Assembly: GCA_039811145.1 (NCBI GenBank)
Contig: JBDHYB010000015.1
Span: 1,350-65,349, forward strand
Source of the DNA: Chitinophagales bacterium
Lineage (GTDB): Bacteria; Bacteroidota; Bacteroidia; Chitinophagales; LD1
Direction of reading: 5' to 3'
Length of the DNA: 64,000 nt
Below, in pieces: positions 57,646 to 64,000 of the stretch (positions are counted from its first letter, which is position 1; each line of letters begins with the position of its first letter). The notes below the pieces were generated by a model. It searched no databases and was not told the DNA's origin. It saw only the letters and a list, made by a program, of their open reading frames with translations. The position numbers and the translations under genes were made by a program.

Positions 57646-59100
57646 TTAATAGCCCGAAGGTGGTACAAAACCGGGGGTTAACTCGGCAAGCTGCCTGCCA
57701 AAAGCAATCAGCTCAGGCTCGCTCCAGTAAGGGCCAACAATTTGTACCCCTAAAGGCAGTCCTTCTTTACCCAGGCCCAGCGGTATATGCAGGCTGGGGT
57801 GGCCTGATGCATTAAAGCAGGCATTGTAAGGCCATACATAATCAATATACAGCATCTCGCGGCCGTCGTAAGTTATCTTGCTACCCAGTTTGCAGCGCTT
57901 GTATGCAGGGCCATGTGCCACAGGGCAAATCAAAAAGTCGTATTCCTTAAAAAAGTCTTCCCAGCGCTTTACCAGCAAACTACGGCTCAGTAAGGCTTCA
58001 GCATAAGCATTGGCATCCATCCTGAACGAGCGGTTCATCTCGCCCCAGTACTTCTTTTGCCCTTTCAGTAAACCAAAACGTAAATCAAGCTTAACAAGCG
58101 CGCGGATAAACCAGGGCATGCCCTGCGCTATAACATAAGGAAAGAGCGAAACAAACACGCGCAGCGAATCATCATGTATAGTAGCATCCGGTATTTTTTT
58201 CTCCGCCTTACCTCCTTCGGCCGTAAAGCTGTTCACCAATTGCTGAATGGCTTCGCTTACCTGCTTACTGGCCTCATGGCCGGGCCAGCCATCCGTAAAG
58301 GCAATTCTATACTCGCTCAGTTTTGTTTTAGCAGGCGTTTGCCAGTTAATGCGCGGTATATTCCTGTCACTTTCGTGCGGGCCCACCACCGTTTTCCATA
58401 GCACCTCAAGGTCGTTAATGTTGCGCGCCAAGGGGCCGGCCTGTGCCATGTGCACCAAAAATGTTTTGGCCTTTGGCGGCAAGGGGATGTTACCGTGCAA
58501 AGGCACTGTTTTATCAGTAGGTTTAAGGCCATACAAACCGCAAAAGTTAGAGGGCACACGAACGGAGCCGCCAAAATCGCTACCCAACTCCAGTGAGGTA
58601 AAGCCTGCTGCCAGCGCAGCTGCCCCACCTCCGGTACTGCCGCCGGGGCCATATTCAGTATTGTAGGGGTTTTTACCCTCCGGGTATAAATCGCCCGCCA
58701 CCTGGTAATCGAGCAGGTTGCGGGGCACATTGGTTTTGCCCAAAATTACTGCACCGCTGTTTTTTATGCGTTCCACCACCACACTGTCTTCCGGCGCTAT
58801 AAAGTCCTTCAGCATACTGAAGTTATTGGTGCTGGAGGTGCCCTTTAACCAAAACGACTCCTTAATAGTTACAGGCACCCCATGCAACGGCCCGCGGAAT
58901 TTGCCGGCCTGCGCCTCGGCATCGCGTTCTGCGGCAGTAGCAAGGGCTTCCTTTTCAAATACCGCAACCAGGGCATTTAAGTTGCTGTTGTGCTGCTTTA
59001 TCTGCTGCAGATGTTCCGTAACAATGGCAGTGCTGGTAGCCTTGCCCTCGCGTATTAATGCGGCCAGTTCAAGCGCTGAACGATAGAGGTATTGAGCCAT
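57646..59100 (-). CDS. Amidase signature family enzyme
   Basis: GPLHGVPVTIKE, GKTNVP, PGGSTGG.AAA, GSDFGGSVRVP..FCGLYGLKP, GLPLGVQIVG. Confidence 0.93.
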   Translation of the reverse strand: MAQYLYRSALELAALIREGKATSTAIVTEHLQQIKQHNSNLNALVAVFEKEALATAAERDAEAQAGKFRGPLHGVPVTIKESFWLKGTSSTNNFSMLKDFIAPEDSVVVERIKNSGAVILGKTNVPRNLLDYQVAGDLYPEGKNPYNTEYGPGGSTGGGAAALAAGFTSLELGSDFGGSVRVPSNFCGLYGLKPTDKTVPLHGNIPLPPKAKTFLVHMAQAGPLARNINDLEVLWKTVVGPHESDRNIPRINWQTPAKTKLSEYRIAFTDGWPGHEASKQVSEAIQQLVNSFTAEGGKAEKKIPDATIHDDSLRVFVSLFPYVIAQGMPWFIRALVKLDLRFGLLKGQKKYWGEMNRSFRMDANAYAEALLSRSLLVKRWEDFFKEYDFLICPVAHGPAYKRCKLGSKITYDGREMLYIDYVWPYNACFNASGHPSLHIPLGLGKEGLPLGVQIVGPYWSEPELIAFGRQLAELTPGFVPPSGY

Positions 59101-59367
59101 ACTATATTTCTATTAAGGGTTAAATGCACAAGCATACCTGTAAATAATCACATTGCCGCACTGCCGAACAAGGGTTTCTATCTGCTTTACCGGTTTAGCC
59201 AAATGTAGGCTTCCTTATTGTATTTATATAACAATGTTTTATCCTGCAGAAGGTAAGCGGATTCTTGAATCTTACTTACTAAAAACCACTGGTACAAACT
59301 GCGTTCACCATAAAACAAAACGGCAGGTTAAAACCCGCCGTTCGCAATTAAGTGAGTGTAATTAAGC

Positions 59368-60069
59368 TTACTTAACCTTAGCAGCTAAGTCATCGATAGT
59401 TTTAGCAACGGCTACACCGGGTAACTTAACGGGTGCACCTACCTGGGCCACAAAGCTGCCCTGCACCTCTCCTGTTTTATAAGTGGTAAAGCCTACACGG
59501 TAAAGGCCAACTACCAGCGCCTTTAAAGGGTTGCTTGGTTCGCTGGTTATGCGCATTAAGGAATTGTACTTACTGCCGCTTGGCTGAGCAGGCAATTCGC
59601 CGGAGTCATCATTTACGTCGTAGCGATTCCACTTGGCTGTTTTGCCTTTGGCAATATCAGCAGGGCTAACAACGCCTTCTGCTCTTTCAAGGGTAATCCA
59701 GGTATCAAAATAGCTGCTCTTGTCGGCAGCGTTCTCAGTATACTCAGGGGTAACAAAGTCGCTGGCTTCCGGCTTCATACCATCGGGCACCGGCGATACC
59801 ATACGCACACCAATTTCAGGTGCTACAGCAGGTATCCATACATACAGGTAATAGTATTTTTTGCCATCGCGGGTTTCGTCAGGCGCTGCACCCGGCTTAA
59901 CGTAGCCGTAGTAGCTTATAACATCAGAATACGGAATACGCATCTCTTTACCCATTACTGATTTTTTGCCTAAGTCGGCGCTGAATTTGTCCAGCCCGCC
60001 ACCCGGTGCAAAGGCACAGAAGGCGATAAAACCTGTTATGGATAATGCTTTTTGAATAAAACTTTTCAT
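59368..60069 (-). CDS. LipL32-family surface protein homolog
   Basis: SYYGYVKPG.APD, YYLYVWIPAV..E.GVRM.SP, FDTWI..ER, GLYR..FTTYK.GEV.GSFVA.VG, as recalled for Leptospira LipL32; start at MKSFIQ. Confidence 0.88.
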   Translation of the reverse strand: MKSFIQKALSITGFIAFCAFAPGGGLDKFSADLGKKSVMGKEMRIPYSDVISYYGYVKPGAAPDETRDGKKYYYLYVWIPAVAPEIGVRMVSPVPDGMKPEASDFVTPEYTENAADKSSYFDTWITLERAEGVVSPADIAKGKTAKWNRYDVNDDSGELPAQPSGSKYNSLMRITSEPSNPLKALVVGLYRVGFTTYKTGEVQGSFVAQVGAPVKLPGVAVAKTIDDLAAKVK

Positions 60070-60421
60070 ACGCTTTTGTTTTAATGTGAATAATGGTCCT
60101 GTTTCAGGATTTACCAAATATACTTATCGCTAACAGCCGCCACAGCGCAAATAGTGGGCAGTATATAGCAACCGATATGGTTCTTACAACAAGAACTCTT
60201 GAACACCTTTATATAAAAAATGCAGGCAAGCCCACTAAAATCAACCTATTCCATGTGAACGGCCAATCCTATGTGCTCGATTGGGCCGGGTAAATCATAG
60301 TTTCCGAAACAACAACATAAAAGGCTAAAGGCCTACTAGTTGGCAGCAGAAAGTAAGTAAGGCAATGCCTAGCCGCACAGCATTTCACTAAACAAAAGCT
60401 CCTTGCAATTGTTACCACTGT

Positions 60422-61117
60422 ATGAGAAACATACTGGTAATTGGAGGCTCTTCAGGTATTGGACTGCAGTTAGTTAAACAGTTAGCTGCCGATGGTAATA
60501 CAAAGGTTTATGCTACCTACAACAAAACACAAAAGAACCCAACTGATAACATAAGCTATCATCAATTAAATGTGCTGGATACTACCCCGGATATCTCCTT
60601 TTTGCCGGATACCTTGCATGGTTTTGTTTACTGCCCCGGTAGTATCAACCTAAAACCCTTCGGGCGGTTCACAGAAACAGATTTTCTGGAAGATTACCGT
60701 TTGAATGTTACAGGAGCCGTTAAAACCCTGCAGCAGGCATTACCCAAATTAAAAGCTGCGGAAAATTCCTCGGTAGTATTCTTTTCAACGGTAGCCGTAC
60801 AGTTGGGGTTAAACTTTCATACCCAGGTAGCAGCCTCTAAAGGCGCTATTGAAGGATTGACCAAAGCTCTTGCAGCTGAACTATCCCCGCGCATACGGGT
60901 TAATTGCATAGCACCCTCGCTAACTGATACACCTTTAAGTGCGCAACTGCTTTCTACGCCTGAAAAACGTGAGGCAGGCGCGGCCCGCCATGCACTAAAA
61001 AAAACCGGGACTGCACAGGACATAGCTAACGCCGCTGAGTACCTGTTAAGCGAAAAAGCCGGTTGGATTACCGGCCAAATCTTTAAAGTTGATGGAGGGA
61101 TAAGCGCAGTGAAATAG
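60422..61117 (+). CDS. Short-chain dehydrogenase/reductase
   Basis: GGSSGIG, FST, H...A.SK variant of the catalytic motif, IRVNCIAPSLT.TP, VDGG. Confidence 0.92.
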   Translation: MRNILVIGGSSGIGLQLVKQLAADGNTKVYATYNKTQKNPTDNISYHQLNVLDTTPDISFLPDTLHGFVYCPGSINLKPFGRFTETDFLEDYRLNVTGAVKTLQQALPKLKAAENSSVVFFSTVAVQLGLNFHTQVAASKGAIEGLTKALAAELSPRIRVNCIAPSLTDTPLSAQLLSTPEKREAGAARHALKKTGTAQDIANAAEYLLSEKAGWITGQIFKVDGGISAVK

Positions 61118-61130
61118 CTAATACGGTATT

Positions 61131-62360
61131 TTACTTCTTTTTAGCTGTAGCCTTCTTCTTTAAGGTGTGGCCGCCTTTGTCGCGCTTTGTTTCCAGGTAT
61201 TTTTTGTTGTAGGGGTTGGCTTCAATTTCCATTGGTACGTTGTCAACAATCTCCAAACCGTAACCAATTAAACCCACACGCTTTTTAGGGTTATTGGTCA
61301 TCAATTTCATTTTGCTAATACCGAGGTCGTTTAGTATTTGAGCGCCTACGCCATAATCGCGTGCATCCATTGGCAAGCCTAACTGCAGGTTGGCTTCGTA
61401 GGTATCATAGCCCTGTTCCTGTAGTTGGTAGGCTTTCAATTTATTCAAAAGGCCAATGCCTCTACCCTCCTGCTGCATGTATAGCACCACACCTTTACCT
61501 TCTTTTTCAATCGTTTTAAGGGCACAGGCCAGTTGGTCGCCACAATCGCAACGCATGCTGCCGATGATATCGCCCGTTAAACAACTGGAATGCACACGCA
61601 CCAGTACCGGCTCATTCGGTTTCCACGAACCTTTAATAATAGCCAGGTGCGGTTCGTTAGCGCCAATTTGCGAATAAGCCCTTACGCGGAAGTGCCCATA
61701 CTTGCTTGGCATGTCCACCTCTACCTCGCGCTTAATAAGGCTATCGTGCTTCATGCGGTACTCAATCAAATCTTTTATAGAAATGATTTTGAGCTTGTGC
61801 TTCTGCGCTATTTTAAGCAGTTGAGGCATACGCGCCATACTGCCATCTTCATTCATAATTTCTACCAGCACTCCCGCAGGTTCAAAACCTGCAAGGCGGG
61901 CAAGGTCAATAGTAGCCTCAGTATGCCCGGCGCGGCGAAGCACACCCCCCGTTTTTGCTTTTAACGGAAAGATGTGGCCGGGACGGGCAAAATCTTCAGG
62001 CCTGCCCTCTTTACTTATTAAGCGCTGCACTGTTTTAGCGCGGTCGCTTGCCGAAATGCCCGTGGTGCAACCGTGCCCAATCAAATCAACCGATATCGTA
62101 AACGCTGTTTCGTGGTGCGATGAGTTGGTGCTAACCATTAAAGGCAGGTTGAGGCGCTCGCACATTTCCTCGCTCATGGGCATACAAATAAGACCGCGGC
62201 CGTGCGTTGCCATAAAGTTTATAATGGCAGGTGTTACGTGCCTTGCCGCAGCAATAAAATCGCCCTCATTTTCGCGGTCTTCATCATCAACCACAATTAT
62301 CAGTTTACCCTTTTTAATATCATCTATTGCTTCGGGGATGGTGTTCAGTTTACTTTTCAT
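61131..62360 (-). CDS. ribBA: Bifunctional DHBP synthase/GTP cyclohydrolase II
   Basis: [55 protein letters not shown]. Confidence 0.97.
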   Translation of the reverse strand: MKSKLNTIPEAIDDIKKGKLIIVVDDEDRENEGDFIAAARHVTPAIINFMATHGRGLICMPMSEEMCERLNLPLMVSTNSSHHETAFTISVDLIGHGCTTGISASDRAKTVQRLISKEGRPEDFARPGHIFPLKAKTGGVLRRAGHTEATIDLARLAGFEPAGVLVEIMNEDGSMARMPQLLKIAQKHKLKIISIKDLIEYRMKHDSLIKREVEVDMPSKYGHFRVRAYSQIGANEPHLAIIKGSWKPNEPVLVRVHSSCLTGDIIGSMRCDCGDQLACALKTIEKEGKGVVLYMQQEGRGIGLLNKLKAYQLQEQGYDTYEANLQLGLPMDARDYGVGAQILNDLGISKMKLMTNNPKKRVGLIGYGLEIVDNVPMEIEANPYNKKYLETKRDKGGHTLKKKATAKKK

Positions 62361-62393
62361 ATTACTTGCTTTGCGCGGCAGTTCATGCACCGC

Positions 62394-63587
62394 TTATACA
62401 TTTCTTTTAGTCGGGCTCCAGGCGCTTGTCTGTATACCCTTAACATACATTATAAATCCGCTTACCAGCGCCATGTTCATCAGGCAGAAGTAGGATATAA
62501 AACGGAAGAGTTTCGATTCTATACCGGCCCACTTCAGCAGGTCGTCAAGCACCGGCGAGATCAAAAATACATTGAGTATAGCAAACGCTGTTAGATAAAC
62601 GGGATTATAGCCGATAAGAAACAAACTGCTGAAAAAAGCGCCCGCTATAAACACCGGCCCCAGCCAGCGCAGCACCTTGTGCGACAGGAAGTTGAATGCC
62701 ACCGCATTAAGCCTAAACAACATTGGCCAATACACACTTAAATTTTGAAAATTGCCTGCCTGTATGCGCTTTTTACGCTTGTATTCCTCCTGAACTTCGC
62801 TGCTTACATCTTCGTGGCAAATTGCTTTAGGCTCCAGTATGGCCTTTTTACCCTGTTTCAAAATATTCATGCTCAGGTAAAAGTCTTCCATTAGGTAATT
62901 AGGGGGTATGTCGCTCCAACAATCAGCTCGCATAGCGTAACAAGCGCCAAAGGCACCAATCATAGCGCCGCCATTTAAACCTTCAAGGTATTTAACACGA
63001 TTTTCGCGGCTTATGTAGCTTTTTTCGTGGTAGGCGATACCCTGCGGAGTAACCCCGCGGTTAAGAATGTTGGCTCCTACCTGGCCTATCAAGGGGTTTT
63101 TGTAATGTTTAGCCAGTTCAAAAAGCGTTTCGGGCGTAAACATTACGTTGGCATCGGTAAATACAAAAACGGTATTGGCATTATCTAAAGGACGGGCGTT
63201 GATTAAACGCACCAATTGGTTAAGGATGGCTGACTTACCCATGCGGCCGGTAAAGTTCATAAAGAAAAATTCGCTTACCTGCGCCGGAAAGGACGTAATA
63301 ATCTCATTGGTTCTATCCGTTGAATTATCGGAACCTATAAACACATGAAGCTTTTGTTTGGGATAAGTAGTATTAAAAATACTCTCCAGTTTTTCCTGTA
63401 TTACCTTCTCCTCATTATAGGCCGCAAAAATTACAAACACCTCGGGCAGGTTATTGTCGGTAGTACTGTAAACCACAGCATTTTCTTTTTTACCACTGCT
63501 GAAAAGCCATAACAAAAGAGGAAAGAAAAGATATGAGTGAATCATAGCCGCAGCGCAAAACCAGAAAATAAGCTGTAAGGCCATCAT
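62394..63587 (-). CDS. Family 2 glycosyltransferase (membrane-bound)
   Basis: AAYNEE, GSDNSTDRT, GK, FTDAN, EDF, R..RI..GN.Q. Confidence 0.9.
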   Translation of the reverse strand: MMALQLIFWFCAAAMIHSYLFFPLLLWLFSSGKKENAVVYSTTDNNLPEVFVIFAAYNEEKVIQEKLESIFNTTYPKQKLHVFIGSDNSTDRTNEIITSFPAQVSEFFFMNFTGRMGKSAILNQLVRLINARPLDNANTVFVFTDANVMFTPETLFELAKHYKNPLIGQVGANILNRGVTPQGIAYHEKSYISRENRVKYLEGLNGGAMIGAFGACYAMRADCWSDIPPNYLMEDFYLSMNILKQGKKAILEPKAICHEDVSSEVQEEYKRKKRIQAGNFQNLSVYWPMLFRLNAVAFNFLSHKVLRWLGPVFIAGAFFSSLFLIGYNPVYLTAFAILNVFLISPVLDDLLKWAGIESKLFRFISYFCLMNMALVSGFIMYVKGIQTSAWSPTKRNV

Positions 63588-64000
63588 AGTAAACTTCGGT
63601 AGTACGAAACTAACCTTTCAAAAATGCTTTTGTTGCGGTAGTTATCGTAGGCAAACTTATGTGCCTTTTCGCCAATACCCCTGCTAAAGTTCTCATCGGC
63701 GCGGCATTTTGATAACTGCGCTACAAACTGCTCGGCGTTATCTGCTATTAAGATATTCTCCCCATCCACCAGGTTAAGGCCTTCTGCAGCAATAGGTGTA
63801 GCTATTATGCACTTACCCAAAGCCATACCTTCCAGTATTTTTATGCGTATACCGCTACCGGAAATAATAGGCACTATCATTATGCCATGCTGCAGCATAA
63901 ACTCCTTGGCATCGCGCACTTCGCCCAGCGGCACCAGGTTTGGTTGCTGAAGCTTCTTTAAGCTATCGGGCATTTTTTTACCGGCAACATAAAGTTTGGC
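63584..64000 (-). CDS. Family 4 glycosyltransferase, C-terminal part (5' end outside the window)
   Basis: VPI.SGSGIRIKILEGMALGK.II.T...AEG. Confidence 0.88.
   Translation of the reverse strand, partial: AKLYVAGKKMPDSLKKLQQPNLVPLGEVRDAKEFMLQHGIMIVPIISGSGIRIKILEGMALGKCIIATPIAAEGLNLVDGENILIADNAEQFVAQLSKCRADENFSRGIGEKAHKFAYDNYRNKSIFERLVSYYRSLL

Noticed and set aside
60093-60293. 66-aa ORF between the LipL32 and SDR genes
   Set aside because: No recognisable motif, and it overlaps the upstream region of the LipL32-like gene.
1-64000. tRNA or rRNA genes
   Set aside because: No cloverleaf/T-loop context or rRNA-like segment was seen by eye.

Overview
Bacteroidota chromosomal segment (Chitinophagales/Sphingobacteriales-like, judged from a T9SS C-terminal domain protein, SprB repeats, TAnnTTTG promoters and type III glutamine synthetase). 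The backbone is housekeeping: der, acs, lolE-like, namZ-like, fmt, corA, dapF, htrA, folD, GSIII, purL, topA, purB, aceA/aceB with a RamB-like regulator, a DEAD-box helicase and ribBA. It is interspersed with a REP-associated tyrosine transposase (RAYT), many REP-like hairpins of several families, a 3.3-copy ~248-bp tandem mosaic array behind a DUF3800 gene, and REP-bounded accessory genes (GNAT, standalone SIR2). The most striking locus is a co-oriented three-gene cassette at 54913-57083: a probable bacterial gasdermin, a small HEXXHxxGxxH zincin metalloprotease, and a signal-less M15 peptidoglycan peptidase with a PG-binding-like tail. It sits between a REP-truncated orthologous fragment and the intact copy of a neighbouring gene, and is a candidate metalloprotease-activated gasdermin/endolysin lysis or defence system. 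All family calls come from reading motifs by eye; no searches were run.
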